From Balanoglossus misakiensis (Eukaryota; Animalia; Hemichordata), in NCBI GenBank assembly GCA_040954595.2, contig CM082598.2, forward strand, positions 930,001 through 994,000: a stretch of DNA of 64,000 bases, read 5' to 3'. The notes beneath the pieces were generated by a model. The model was given only the letters and a program-made list of their open reading frames with translations. It was not told the DNA's origin and did no database searches. The position numbers and the translations under genes are program-made. Of this stretch, positions 12,701 through 26,760 are shown piece by piece. Positions within the stretch are counted from its first letter, which is position 1, and every line of letters starts with the position of its first letter.

Positions 12701-15522
12701 GCAACATAAATTGATGATTAAAATCGTGTAAAATGTAAGAAATTAGATTTGAATGCGGTTACCCCAAATAAAGTGTTACAACATGTCATGTTACAGGACA
12801 AACAGTTCCTAAGCTATTTAAGGATTTTCTGTTAGTGTTGACAAGTGGTTTCTATAGCAACATTTTTGCTGGTTTTGGTTCAAAAATTAGTATTTATCTG
12901 TACATTCTGTATAATAAAAGGTAAAGAAATCAAATTTTCAGTTTCATTTACAGTACTAGCCCACCTAAAATTATCTTTGTCACCAAATAAATATATATTG
13001 TGCTGCTTGTTGATGCTGTTTAGTTACTATGGCAATGTTTTTGTTTTTTTCTCAATTTGCAGTGTAATACAAGATAAAACAGAGAAATTTTCAGATTCAT
13101 ATGCTTAACCAAGTCCCCCAAAATAGTTTTTGTCTTTAAAATTATTTTTTTGTGTTGAATGCTTTTACCATGGCAACATTTTCTGTTGGATTTGGTTCAA
13201 ATTATCAATTTTCGCTATTTTCATTGAAATGCAAGAGAACAAAAAAAAAATTTTTCAGATTCATTAACCAAGTCACTTAAAGTGTTCTTTGCCACTAAAT
13301 TTATTTAGTTGTTTAATATCATTACCATGGCAATATTTTTGTTTGATTTCATTCAAAAATTGTTCTTTTGTGTGTAAAAGAAGATAAAAAAATTAACATT
13401 TTCAACTACATGTACTACCCCTCTGTTGACCTATTGGCCGCACCCCCTAGCAATTAGCCAAGGGACGACTGACACGCCCTGAAAATGGTGTCAGTCATGG
13501 TAATACACTCAAAAAATGACAAAATATTTCTACAAAGTCAAGAACACTAAGCTATAATCAAGTTACTACAGAGATGGCCACAAACACAAGTTTTACTGTT
13601 TTGTCAATGTTGTAATCAATTGCCACTCCATAGTTGAATACATACCGTTCAGTTTCCGTTTCGCACTGATGTAGACTCTACCACTGATAGGTTTTGGTTT
13701 GCTGTAAGCAGCACCCTTCACTGGAACAGAACTTGTCTGTGATGATGTTGGCAATGATGGTTTTGAAGCAGTAGCAGATGCTTTGGGTTTTGTGACAGGA
13801 ATTTCAGGTTCAGATGATGTCATAGCCTGTTGACCTGCAGGCAACATATTAAAAAAAGTTGTTACTGAAATTGAGATGAGATCACAGCTTTCTAATTTTT
13901 GCTGTTTTTTACATGAATGTGAAAAAAGTTCCCATCACATGACTATATCAATAGGCAGATCAAGAATTTTATTCGAAGATAATTTCCCCGACAGACAGTT
14001 TCATTTAGCTAACTTTTCACAATAGGATTCGGGGATGGATTTTTTCTAGGTCGTTTTAGAGTTTACCAGGTTACCCTCAATCATTAAATAAGGTCAAATC
14101 ATACATAGATAAATATACATTGCAATAGACACTTACATCGGCCCAATACGTGATCACGGTTCAAAATAATCTTTTTTGCCACAAACTCAGTAACTTGGAA
14201 GTCCTTTTTAAGCAAATCTTCCTTGGTCAAAATGTTGGCAAGGTCAACACCAGTAACACAATTTTTCTGAAACTTTGAAATGGTTGTTTCATCAATGTGG
14301 AGATTCTTCAGCCAGCTGCAAACACCATCGACATTAAAGGACAAAAAGGCAGCTGTAGAAAAAAAGCGCAAATCAGAATATATGTTGTTCTTTAAAAATA
14401 TTATTTTGGTAAATTGTTTAAATTAAGCTAGTTTATTTATCAAGTACTCTGTTTCTTTTGTTTGTAAAGTAAATAAAGTTATTCAGTCACAGCAAGAATT
14501 GTACAAAAATTGTTATAAACAAAAAAGTTGAGATGTACGATGGCTGACAGAATGTATTGACATAAAATTGTACCCTGAACAGTCAGAGGTTTTAGGTTGA
14601 TATTCCCATAAAAATGATTGACAGAAATGTCGAATGACTTTGGACTACACATTTGAATCAATTTTATAGAGAACAAAATGTGTCATATTTTATATGATAT
14701 CGATAACAAAATATGAAGAACATTTCAATTATTGATAAATCATTATCGATAATACCTTTTTCTCTCAATTTATCAGCTGTTGATTTGCACCCACTTTCAT
14801 CCAGTGCCTGAATTAATTTACCAATCGTTGCTTTATGACCATTCCTCTTATGCCACTCAGTAAGAATCTGATGTATAACTTCTTCAAAATTTTTGGGATT
14901 TGCAAACTCGATTGCGTCCATCTTAGTGTCAGTAAGTCCAAGATTTCTTCCTAGTTTTCTTACATCCGTAAGTCTGATATCATCAGTGATAAGTTTAAAT
15001 GCATCTTTCATATGGCTGTCCATGTCTGTAGTGACTGTTGTGTGGGGCTTTTAGCTGTAACAAGTGAATCAAAATTTATGTACATGATGCGAATTTCATT
15101 TGTTCATTTCATTAAATGAATTTTCATTATAAATTATAAAAGCAACAACTTTACCTTTGAAGACCTTGTAAGATTTCTTCAGGAAATTTTAGATTGAAAA
15201 AAGGTCTCCTTTTGGATTTGGCACTTTGCCATACCTTTGTTCACTATTGCGCATTTTACAAAATGGCGTCGTGGTTAGCTTTCGCGTAACTCGTTAGAAA
15301 TTTCATTAATTGCCTCATTGAATCATAGCCTTGTCCGTAAATGGATTGTGGATTACCTTAGAGTTATGTCGTCATAGAATTAAGGAAATTTCCAGCACAT
15401 TTTTCCCAAAGTGGCGGTACATGTTAGAGGAACCATATGGAGTTATTGACCCAATAAACTGTATGGGCTTCTAGGTGTGGCTCTACCTTACGTTGTGACG
15501 CGACCTTGAAAATGTCTAAGGC
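8836..15522. repeat. Tandem segmental duplication, copy 2 (~6.7 kb)
   Basis: Paralogous to 1734-8504 and separated from it by a unique 331-bp spacer (8505-8835). Confidence 0.95.
11688..15023 (-). CDS. Death domain-SAM-NHL repeat protein, copy 2 (~505 aa)
   Basis: Exons 15023-14756 (death), 14352-14137 (SAM), 13834-13646 (linker) and 12532-11688 (NHL). Intron phases match copy 1 and the joined 1518 nt is open. Confidence 0.88.
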
Positions 15523-16154
15523 TGCATTCACAAACACCTCTGGGGGGGGGGGGGGAGAATTCAATTTTTTTTACCGGTAATTTTTCACATGCCCCCCAAA
15601 CCCAAAATATTTTCAAATCCCCCCTTCCGAACTGCCAAAATTTTGAAATCCCCCCCCCCAATTTTCTTTCACAGAGCAAAACACATCACCTATCTATCTT
15701 GTAAAAAAGAAAAACAGCGCTCCTATGAAAAGAATTTGAAACTGATGTTCCCCTCATCAGTGGGTATTAAAACTGAACATTGTTTTTATTTTTTAAGTAC
15801 ATATATTTGTATTCTGATGATGTCATTTTGTATACTTTCAGAAGTGCAGTTTTTGTACTGTTACTAGTATTATTTCCTGTATGCTGACTGAAATGGTTCC
15901 TAACCTAGAGGGAGATTACATGTATGATCACAGAAAAAGCTCTTCTCAAGAAAGGATTTAGAGGTGTGTCGTCATGCGTGGTTGAAGAAGACATTAATTT
16001 ACATGACCTAGCCTGACCGATTTGCAACAGATTATCGAGTAGGGGTCAAAGGTCGGTGTTCACCTGACCAGTCACATGATCACAGATCCCTAGGTCGATT
16101 CTTCTCGTGCTGGGACTGCGGAAAGGGCAAAATCCGGCGCGAAATCGTTTGGAG

Positions 16155-19100
16155 ATGGAAGGTAGTATCGATTTCCGGATACTGAATTTGAATTGCTGGT
16201 AAGATAACAACTCCAACCAACATTTAGTAGTATGCATTTTGGGATTCGAAAAGCAAGCGCCTCTAGTTTTTGTGGATTGTCAAGTTTACGCGAGTTGTAG
16301 CAATGTAACATGATTGGGACAACTGTACTGGAAACAGATGATTTTTAATAATGAGATCACAAGATGGATAGGGAAATCTCTATGTTATACAGTAGACCCT
16401 CGCTAAGTCGCGCCTCAATAAGTCGCGGTTTCGTATGTATGTTTATTTCGGTATTAACCAGCGGAGCAGTGTCCAATGTACAGCCGCCAGACCTTAAAAA
16501 TATAAACAAAAACAGCACAACAAAGATGTAAACAACTAGGTGAACAACCACGGCAAAGTGATTTAGTTTTGTGAAAATAAAAATCCATTCGTCTAACATA
16601 TGCAGTGTGATTGAAAGAAAATGTTCGGGTCATCAGTTCTTGAAATAATTTTAGGTGCAGTACGAGAACAATATCGAGGCATAAGGTTACAGTAAGATTT
16701 ATTAAATTGATTTCAACCTTTTGTTTTAATGATAACTTGGATTTTTAATGTTTTTTTTAATCAGGGGTATTCCAATTTTAAATATAAGCAAGAAACGCAG
16801 AGAAAGAATTGCTGATATTGGTGAAGAATTAGCCAAAGGACAGTGTGATGTAGTGTGTTTGCAAGAGGTAAGTTAGTGTGGCCTGCAACATCTTGATCAT
16901 TGTCAGACCTTTATCTTTCCAATAACACAATAGCGATGCAACAAGGAACTGCACTGGTTTCAAGATCAGAAATGAATGATGTATATCGTACATGCAGTGT
17001 ACAATATGAACAATGCTGTCAGTTTAGTCCGTTTTTAGCCGATAGTGCCAAAAATATGGTTGTCTCTTTTGATTAATTTTATTCTACATGTTCATAACTT
17101 GGCTCGTTTCAGATTTGGAGTTTTGCAGATTTTGAAAGACTGAGAACAGCTTGCATCGGGAAATATCCCCACAGTCATTATTTTCACAGGTAAACAACTT
17201 TTCAAAGCTTCTGTTATAAGAGTAGGCTATAGATTTCTATAGGTGTCCATACACATTTTATAAACTTCTACAGAAATTCAATAGGCTATAGAATTCTATA
17301 GATGTTTTTAGAATGTCTTTTGTAAGAGATGGCTCATCCAACATGCAGTTACATGATTGGACCCCTCTTCCATACATGGCTGTATTTTGTGAATAATTCT
17401 ATCAAAACTTGTAATTATTTTCCAGTGGTGTCATTGGCAGTGGCTTGTGTGTGTTCTCCAAGTCTCCAATCATTGGCACTTTTTATCATCATTATTCTGT
17501 CAATGGCTATCCTCATAAGATACTGCATGGTGATTGGTTTGGTGGTAAAATGGTTGGCCTCTGTCAGGTTCTTCACCAAGGACTCACAATCAATGTCTAT
17601 TTGACTCACGTAAGTGCTACAATGAAAATATATTTCCAGATGACGGGCAACTTCAACAACGTGGTGCAGACAAAGACTGTGCAGACAAAACGCCATGAGG
17701 CTGATGAGGTACTATACCTGATACATGTTACGTGTTTGATGGTTGTAAAGTAAAAACATACTCGGGGAAAACTTTTATTGGATGCTGAAATATTGCTTGC
17801 TGGTCACCTGTAAATGACAACGCCATGGGTCACATGGCCAGATCATGTGATTGATAGTAAAGAATACCCAAGAATCTTGTCATCATTGAATTCAGACAGC
17901 CCCTCAGACACACTGTCACTCATCTTTATCTTCTTCATGACAGTTTCTTCTTGATTTTTAGTTCCATGCAGAATACAATACAGTGGACAAACCGTATCAT
18001 GGTCATCGTTTAGTGCAAGCCTTTGAACTGTGCCAGTTTGTGGAACACACTGGACAGACAAGTGACCTTAATATCCTTGCTGGAGATTTTAACACAGAAC
18101 CTGACGAAGTTGGTTATGAACTGGTGACAAAGTTGTTGAATGCTAAAGATTCTTGGATTACACAAACTTGTAAACAGGTCAGTACTTCATGTTCTGTTTC
18201 TGGGACAATTACTCTCTAAGGGTGTGCCCCTCTAGAAATGTCCCAGAGTCAGCCTTTGCATGCAGTGTGGATAATTTCTTGAATTACCAATGAGCTTGTT
18301 GAGTCAATGGCGCGTTAATTGCCATAAGAACAGTTTGCAAGTCATGTAGTATAAGATGATTGTTACTTTCACTTCCAGGATACCTGTGATGGTAACACCA
18401 GTGGTATTCCATCCAATTCCTTCACCAAGCCCGGATCGCTGATCCGATGTCCCACAGGCAAACGGATTGACTACATCATGTACCAGGAGAATGGACAGTG
18501 TGATGTAGAGTGTACGGAATCCAATGTGGCAATGGGAAAAGTTCCTGACAAAGACTACAATTTTTCTGACCATGAAGCCGTGGATGTGAAACTGAAAATT
18601 TATAAAAAGGAAAAGACATCTATGCGAGGTATGTTTAGCCACAATTTTATGCCTCTTGCATATTTCTTTAGTTTAGTTGATGCTAGAATATATATTTCTT
18701 TTCATATGACATTTCATCATCCCATCACATTTACCTAGCTTGTTTGGTCTTGACTTTTTTTCACATTTTATTTTCACTGATATTTCACTACAAGAACAAG
18801 ATTTCCAAAATTGAATCATGATTTTGGATCAGACAAAGATATGTACTGCTGTCTACAATGACAGCCTGGATGCAGTCCACTTTTTGGTCAAACTTGCAAT
18901 TTAGGCTGATGCAACTTGACCAGGAACCACAGTTCCTCTGCATTTCTGCAAATTCACTCTGTTTGATTTCTTCATCTTCCAGAACTCGGTGATAAATCTG
19001 CTAGTGAATGTATACGTGTATTGGAGGAAGTTATGGGTGACCTCAAAACCGGATATGACAATCTTAAAACCATGCAACTCTGGATAAGGATTGGCTTCAT

Positions 19101-19305
19101 TTTGTCTCTGTCTGTTTGTTTACTCTGGTTTATACCACTCTTCAATAATCTCAAGATTGTAGCGTTGCTATTGGCAACTTTGGGAATATCTTATATGTTT
19201 GTCATGGCAACCATTGGAATAAGAAAGGAGAGGAAAGCTTACTTGGAGTGTTTAAATAATGTGACTTTGAAAGTCAGTAGTTTAAAACGAGAAGCAAAGT
19301 TATGA
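16155..19305 (+). CDS. SMPD2: Neutral sphingomyelinase 1 (sphingomyelin phosphodiesterase 2), ~398 aa
   Basis: Exons 16155-16198, 16765-16867, 17113-17189, 17426-17609, 17962-18177, 18379-18628, 18983-19305. Motifs LNLNCWGIP, CLQEIWS, SGVIGSGLCVFSK, NGYPHKILHGDWFGGK, AGDFN, RIDYI and SDHEAV, plus two C-terminal TM helices. Confidence 0.95.
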
Positions 19306-20086
19306 TCATGAGATCATCATAGATGATATATTTGTGCCACTTGACCTCCAGGTGATACTGAAGGATTCAATTGTCATGGTTGCTATCGGTGATGGGGTTC
19401 CAATCATTGTACTGATGCATGTGAATTATCTTAATGTTATCAAGTTTTTGTTTTTCTTTGGATTTCCAGTTCATGATTTAAGAAATAATTCCATTGTGTA
19501 ATTTCTACATAGGAAGTGTTCTTGTAAAGCTAAAATAATGTTCTTAGTGTATACAAAGTTAGTGAATTAGAAAAGCTTCGTGCACAAGAAAATCAAACAT
19601 AAAGTTTAATTTATTGTAAACATACTGGATGTATATAATTATGTATTGATGGAAAAATAAATTATATTGGACGATCAACACATGATGTGTATCATGTCAC
19701 TTTGTTCTCTGTTTATTCCCAATACTATTGCTCTTACAAACTTGTTGTAGGAAGATCACATGATGACAAGTTCAGTTGCTTTGAAACTGTGTTGTAATTT
19801 CCAGCTAAAATAAACTCCAAACATTTCTTGGATGTTAAAATCTCTATAATGTGGGCCCATGTTGGTAAAAGAGTGTGTCTAAATCTTGTATTGACCATGT
19901 GGTGACGTATTTTCGCTTGGCTATCCAAGCAAAAATCAGTGATTGGCTAGAAATTCACATTTCATGGTATCTGTTGAGAGTTCATTGACCCCGAAGCGTT
20001 GACTTCGCATTATCTCGTACGGTTCGAGATCTGCCGAGAACTCAGGCGCCATTTTGAAAAGGTAGTAGACAACGTGAGTTGCGAAA

Positions 20087-23000
20087 ATGAAAGACGTCGC
20101 CGGGTTTTTGAGTCAACAGCAAAGCAAGTCTAGCCCTGAAGTTTCTGCAGAATGGGCGAAAATAGAAGAATTATACAACAAAAGGTAAGTTTTCCGAAAT
20201 GATCAGAAGTTAGCTTTCTAAACTCTCGCTGTATGTGATGCAGTGTATCGTCTGTACTCATGATGTCGGTTTGTTTATAATGTATTGTACGTGTGAATTG
20301 TACTCGACACAGTACCTGTGAATTCAATCAGTTATTCTGGAAATAAAGAGGATACCGTTCAGCAGGACTAATGTGACCCAGCTCGAGTTTCAGAATAATG
20401 CACCAGTGTTGCGTCCAGTTTCCCGAATAGCACAAAACGGTTAAAAATATCTATAGTATGTATAGAAACAAACATTTGGTGTTTTAAACCGAATATAATA
20501 TAATATACATGTACATGATTAAATGTTGTCAAAGTAGCAGACATGAAGTTTAGTTCGATCGTGGACGTAAAAAGAGAAGGACTTCTCTTTTTACGTCCAT
20601 GGTTCGATTCATTACATTGTTGTCACAACATTTTTAAGTTCTTGTTTTAATTCATCCTAGGTTGTGGCACCAGTTGACCTTACATCTTCTTGACTTTGTG
20701 AAGAATCCCTCCTTTGCAAGTGGTGATGGTCTTCTACAGGTAAACACAAAAATTATGGCCAAAGTAAAATAATTAACAAATCCAGTTTGTTCTCAAATGG
20801 AAGAATGTCTAGGCTTCCAAATACACTTACATTTTATGTACTTTTTTCCAGCTTTATGAGAACTTTCTGTCGGATTTTGAACACCGAATCAACCCACTCT
20901 CATTGACAGAGATGGTACTTTATATAATCAAACAAATTAAAGGTGGGTATTAATGTCAGAAATTATTTTGAATCTTTAAGAAAGTATGCGTATTTTTGGC
21001 TGTGGAATTTGCCAAAAACAGTCAAGTATTATATCGTGCAAGGCAATTGATATAGATTCCAAATTGTTCTCAAGAAAAGATAAGATTTTTCCATGTCGCT
21101 GATTATTGTACCAACACAACTTTCAAATTCTCTGCATAGATACTGATGAAGCTGTGACTTTCCTGGAGAAGACCAAAGAAAAGGTGAGATTAGAAAAAAT
21201 ATTTTTCTAAAGAATCTTGTTCGTTTATTTCAAATAATGTTCCTGAATGTTTTTGAAATTGATACTGCAAACACACTGTCTGCACATACAGTAAGATAAA
21301 CACTGTTTATGCCCATTTTTTGTCACAGGTCAAAGGCAATGATGAGGCAGCAATACTGTGTATGACAGCTGTCGCTAGGATACAGTTGTCAAGGGGACAT
21401 CTAGCAGAATGTAAGGTAAGTCATTTTGCCTTTGCTACCCTTGGTGCATTCGTATCATTAAGTGTTACTGGGTCCGTTAACATAGCATATTGCAATGAAG
21501 AAAGCAATAGTAATATTTCGTCTTACTTTGTATCATGTGTTCTCAATTTTAACACTCAGTAAATCAGTCGGTCAAGGTTGACACAATGAAAATTGTAGAC
21601 TCATCTTCAGTATCTGTATCTGTTCCACAGGCAATGGTTCAAAATGCTGGTGACATGTTAGAAACTATAGATGGTGTCACATCAGTTCACAGTAGATTCT
21701 ACGATGTCAGTAGTGATTACCACAAAATGACAGGATCTCACGCAGACTATTATCGCGAGGCACTTCGATATCTTGGTTGTGTTGATATTCAAGACATTCC
21801 TTGTAAGTATTAAACTTTAGTAAATGTTGATATCAATCAGTCAGTGATCGTTCAAAGTGGATCATAATTTTGTAGTAATACCAGTAAAAGAAAAGGCACC
21901 TTATACTCATCAAAGTATCAAAATTGAAACAGACATTCTGATCAAATCTTGTGTTTTGTATTTTTGTAACAGCTGAAGAGCAGAAACAGAGAGCTTTTAA
22001 TCTTGGACTGGCTGCTCTGCTGGGTGAAGGAGTCTATAACTTTGGGGAATTGGTAAGTCCATATATACAGCTTATTCTGTCGCTGTATTTTATGAGGGAA
22101 GATCATCACTCATTGATTTTCGTTCATAGATTTCTGCATCAAAGTGGTTATATGATGTTTGACTGAATGCATTCAAAAACCCATTCTTGGAAACAATGAA
22201 GTAATTATTTCTTTGTGTTCTTTGCAGTTAGCACATCCTGTATTAAACTCTCTTAAAGACACAGATAGGAAATGGTTAGTTGATCTGTTATATGCTTTCA
22301 ACAGTGGCAACCTAGAAACGTACGAAACACTCAAATCACAATGGAAACAACAGGTGAGTTGTTCAGTCTTCCTGCAATCTTGTGAGATTGAGAGATGGTC
22401 AGATTACAAAGGGGAGGGGGGTGTCAAGCCTAATAGAAATCGCTCATGTGGTTCTCTTTGTAGTGTGGTGTATCTATTAAGGACACTTCTGGGACTCGAA
22501 AATTTGTCTGTAGAGAGGTGTCCTTATATTCAAACTTATTTGTCTTGGAAATCGTTCTTAATAGAGAGGTGTCCATAACATCAGTTTTCACTGTATATTC
22601 CACAGCCTGATTTGGCAGCGAGCGAAGTCAGTCTACGTCAGAAGATTTCGTTGCTGTGTTTGATGGAAATGACATTCACCAGACCGGCCAATCATAGGAA
22701 TTTATCATTTGAAGATATTGCTAAGGAAGCGAGACTGCCAGTTAATGAGGTGAGAATTTTGACGAGTGCATCATAGAAATTCAGTCCTGGGTATTTCTGA
22801 CAATTTTTGATAGTCATTGGGGTTAAATAGGAAAATGTACAAGGAATATATGTTTGATTTGATTTGATTGACAGGTTGAACATTTGGTGATGAAAGCATT
22901 GTCTCTAGGATTAGTCAAAGGTTCCATTGATGAAGTTGATCAGAAAGTACACATGACCTGGGTCCAACCGAGAGTCTTAGATTTACAACAGGTGAGATCT

Positions 23001-23428
23001 TTAACATTAACCCTTTCACCACCATGGTTTAGTCCAAACCCATTGTTTTCTGTTGTGAAGTTGGACCTCTATACAGAAAAATGGGGTAAAAAGGTTGAAG
23101 CTCCATCCGTTGTAATTGTGGTAATTTGAACTGGCCTGATGAGAGAGATACCTTTTCCTAGACCATTCTTTTTTTCTTGCATCCAAACTTGTGCACTGAC
23201 TCGAAAAGTGAGTTTGAGGGAAAACTCCCTCAGTCACTAAAATTCAAATCAAGATTTATGTTGAATAAGAGAAACTGAACTACTGCATGAGGTTTGAGAA
23301 TTAATTGCAAATCTTTATTTTCCTCCCAACAGATATCTGGAATGCAGCAGAGACTTCAACATTGGTGCAGTGACGTGAAGAATATGAAAATCTTGGTTGA
23401 GGACAAAGCACATGACATTCTCACATAA
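20087..23428 (+). CDS. PSMD13: 26S proteasome non-ATPase regulatory subunit 13 (Rpn9), ~377 aa
   Basis: 11 exons: 20087-20184, 20661-20739, 20852-20942, 21140-21183, 21329-21415, 21631-21802, 21973-22052, 22228-22353, 22606-22749, 22875-22991, 23333-23428. Reads MKDVAGFL...LWHQLT...[10 protein letters not shown]...[32 protein letters not shown]...AHDILT*. Confidence 0.97.
23008..23099. mobile_element. ~90-bp piggyBac-type MITE (TTAA-CCC ends)
   Basis: TTAACCCTTTCACC...GGGTAAAAAGGTTGAA. Related copies at ~23481-23557, 30494-30585, 30806-30899 and 43706-43797. Confidence 0.7.
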
Positions 23429-24694
23429 GACTTTTTCTTATACAGTTGATGTGTAGTTTGGTTAAAGTGAAGGATTTCTTCATGGTTCAGTCCAAACCCA
23501 TTGTTTTCTATGGTAAGGTTGGACCTCTAAAGAGGCAACTGGGGGGGACAGGGTTAAACAACTTTCCCAAACAATAGATGAAAAGATCTTGAAAATTTAA
23601 GCTTTGTTCTGTAGAGCATTTAAAATGTTTCCATCTTAGTACTGAAATAACAAAGTCTGTCATGGACGCTGGACTGACATTTTTTTTTTCATACTGTAAC
23701 ACGTTTTCCGTTCTGTTATTGTACATGTATAGTCAACACTTCAGTAAATTTCTGAACCAACAACTTGACTGTTGGTGATTTTTTTATTGATGATGTGCTG
23801 GTAAAAGTGCTGTAACTGGCTGAGAATGGGATAGATGTTCTAGTTCAATGGTTTTAGTCGAGTTGTGCCCCAAAACTTGGTCCATTTTTACACACGGTTT
23901 TCTTTGTGGGTTGTAATTTTGAGCTCTGGTGTAGATGTGGATCATGTTGAAAATAATATGCTAAAGTGAATGTTTATGAGATCATTTGAGTTGGCTTTAC
24001 AGGAGCGAGCAGAAGTTTCAGCCAGACTGCAGATGATGAGTACATCTTACTGAAACAAGTACGTTTATTTTGCCAAATGTTACACATGCGCTGTTTCAAA
24101 CCGGACTCGGGCCACATCCGACTGAATATTTGGGTCTGAATTGAACATAACATGTACTCCGAGTTAGATGAATATCAATTTACTGACTTTATTGATTACT
24201 AATAATTTATGGTTACAAAAGACTATTGCACAAAGACTGATTAATTACATTTTTGACGACCATACATCATCTTAGCGAATGACCAATTTCGCTTGAATCA
24301 TCGTCTAAGTTTTTTAATCATTGTGTTTATATCATATGCTATGCTTGGATGCCACGCATTAGAAGTTTAATTATATCTGTTACAGTAAAAGCAGTAATGA
24401 TGGAATGTCTAACACACAGATTGGCTGTATACAGTACTTGCTAGCTTGGCTGTTTATACTAAAGATGCTTTGATCCAGATTAATTTGGATTGTGAAATGC
24501 TTAGTGCAAATAATTTGAGTTGTTTATGTGTACATGTACTCCAAGCCTTCTAAAAACCCAAATTTAAAAAAAAAACAATAGAAAACATTTACTGCTAATC
24601 AGAGATTTTACAAGCAAAGTGTTAGATTCATCATTTTACTTTTTGTTCTGGTCTCTTTGCAATTTTCACTGACTGCAATATTGATCTGTTAACT

Positions 24695-26413
24695 TCACCT
24701 CGGCCTTCCCCACATGGTGAGATTCTCTTGCTGAGCCCTTGCTTTGAACAGCATTGGTGGGGATTCCTTTGGGACACTTTTCTCCTTGCGTCGAACTTTT
24801 CCAGATTTTCCTTTGCTGGATTTGGGTTTAGGAATATCAATAGGTTGCCATGGTTGCGGGTTATAATAACTGGGGATTGGATATGCACCGGCGTCATAGT
24901 AACCTGCAATTTGTCAAAGAATTGAAAAAACTTATTATTGTTCAAAGTCATCTACGGTACATCAGGATACATGTGTCATTAAGAAACAGCAAATGGTCCT
25001 GAACTCAACTCAACTGGACACAAACAATGATACAGTACCTGTCAATGTACCACTTGTGTAACCAAAACTACTTCGTTGCCGCTGTGGACGATTTGCTGTC
25101 CGTTGTTTCCATTCATTGTATTTTTCCTCAGCTTTCTTTTTCTTCTCTTCTTTTTCTTCTTCCTTCTTCGCCTTTTCTTCTTTCTCTTTCTCTCTTCTTT
25201 GTTTTTCCTGCTCTTTTTTCTTGGTACTCCATTCTTCAAATTTCTCCTGCAATTTCAGAAGAAATGGTGAAAGCTGTTGTACAGTTTCTGATAATGAAGA
25301 ACTTTGATCTCATCTGTTGTCTGTCCAAGGGACAGAGCTTACGGTTAGCTCAGGCAACATACCTTTGATTTCTCTTCAATTTTATGTTTTTCCTCTTCTT
25401 TTAATTCTTTTTCCAGTCTTTCTTTTCTGCTTTTATTCTTGGCTCTCACTGTCTGTTGTACCAGTTTCTGTTCCAGCCATTCACCATATTTCTCATCAGC
25501 TTTCTGTAACAACTCTTCCTTTTCTTTCTGCTTTTGTTCTTCCTCTTGTCGTTTCTTCTCTTCTTCTCTCAACTGTTTTCGGATTCGGATTCTCTCCTCT
25601 TTCTCTTTTCTCACAAGCCACAGTTGCCATGGAGATAGTACATCTTCCTGTGTGGGCTCTGTACTTCCTGTTTCATCATCTTCATTTTTATCAAAAGTTC
25701 TGTCAAAAGTGATGAAAAGGTACACACATCAGTTCACAATAATGACTATGTCACACCCCTTTATATGATATTAAATTTTGGTACATGTACAAATAATGAA
25801 ATTTGAAGATTAAACTTCTGTTAATTTCAGAAAATTGGTGCTGGACTTTGTTACTTTCAAGAGATTCTCCAACAGATAATCTATTGTTTGGACTAAATGT
25901 CAGTTGCAAATTCTTGGGTGTGTGCCAATAACTCAAACCCTGGCGCAGATCCATGAGAATGTATGTTACCCACCCGATGATTTTTTCAAGCCATAATTTC
26001 CATTCATGGTGACATGGAAATTCACATAAAGCAGTACTTGTATACAATCAAATGTGAAAAACCAAGATGATTATGGTTCAAGTACAGAGCCTGAGGAGAC
26101 ATCTCATGATAGACTCAGTGAAGTGATCTTGAGAACACAGAGAGATTATCACATATTTACATTACCTGTTGGAAGTTTTATCGGCTTCGTCGTCCGTGAG
26201 ATTACCTGATGAAATGCTCTCAACACTGCTGTGGGATAATACAGATAATAATGATCGAGTCGAGTCACCCGTTGAGTCCAAAGAATACGAACGGGGAGAC
26301 TTCCTTTCGGATATCTCTGTCGATCTTTCTCGGGAACGCCTTTCAGAAGAACGTCTTTTCGTCTTACTTGGACTTGGCGTTGAGTGTGGACGATCTTCAA
26401 GTTGTTTGTCCAT
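24695..26413 (-). CDS. CCDC34: Coiled-coil domain-containing protein 34 (DUF4207-like), ~333 aa
   Basis: Exons 26413-26166, 25699-25363, 25246-25039, 24903-24695. LSPWQLWLVRKEKEER, a K/E coiled coil with repeated EW motifs, and SFGYTSGTLTGYYDAGAYPIPSYYNPQPWQPI. The start codon is less certain. Confidence 0.9.
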
Positions 26414-26699
26414 TTTCAGATATCTCTTCGAGGTAATCGTTGCGTTGATTCTCCCCTACAAATACAATTATTACTATCCGTTGGCGTTGGCAACGGATTG
26501 GCGTCCCCTGTCCAGGCCTTGTCAACGGCTGCTCGAATTAAACAATCTGAACCTAAAGTGAATCAGTTATTACACTGATAACCCGATTGCCAAAGACTTC
26601 GAATAGTGAAGTCACACACTTCGTTAAAAGTCAAACGCAAGTTTGTAGAGGTTTCAGCTAACCCGCGATCACTCGTAAGTTACCATACTCAGTTCTAAT

Positions 26700-26760
26700 G
26701 CTGGTAAAATATTTTAAAATGGCGCCTTGCGAAGTCTCGCGAGAACGTACCTGTAAATAT
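26700..26760. promoter_or_regulatory. Bidirectional promoter core between CCDC34 and TMEM19
   Basis: AAAATGGCG (YY1-like, 26716-26724) and the perfect palindrome TCTCGCGAGA (26735-26744) lie between divergent starts ~700 bp apart. Confidence 0.7.

Noticed and set aside
25027-25768. F/S/L-rich plus-strand ORFs
   Set aside because: Antisense shadows of the K/E-rich CCDC34 exons.
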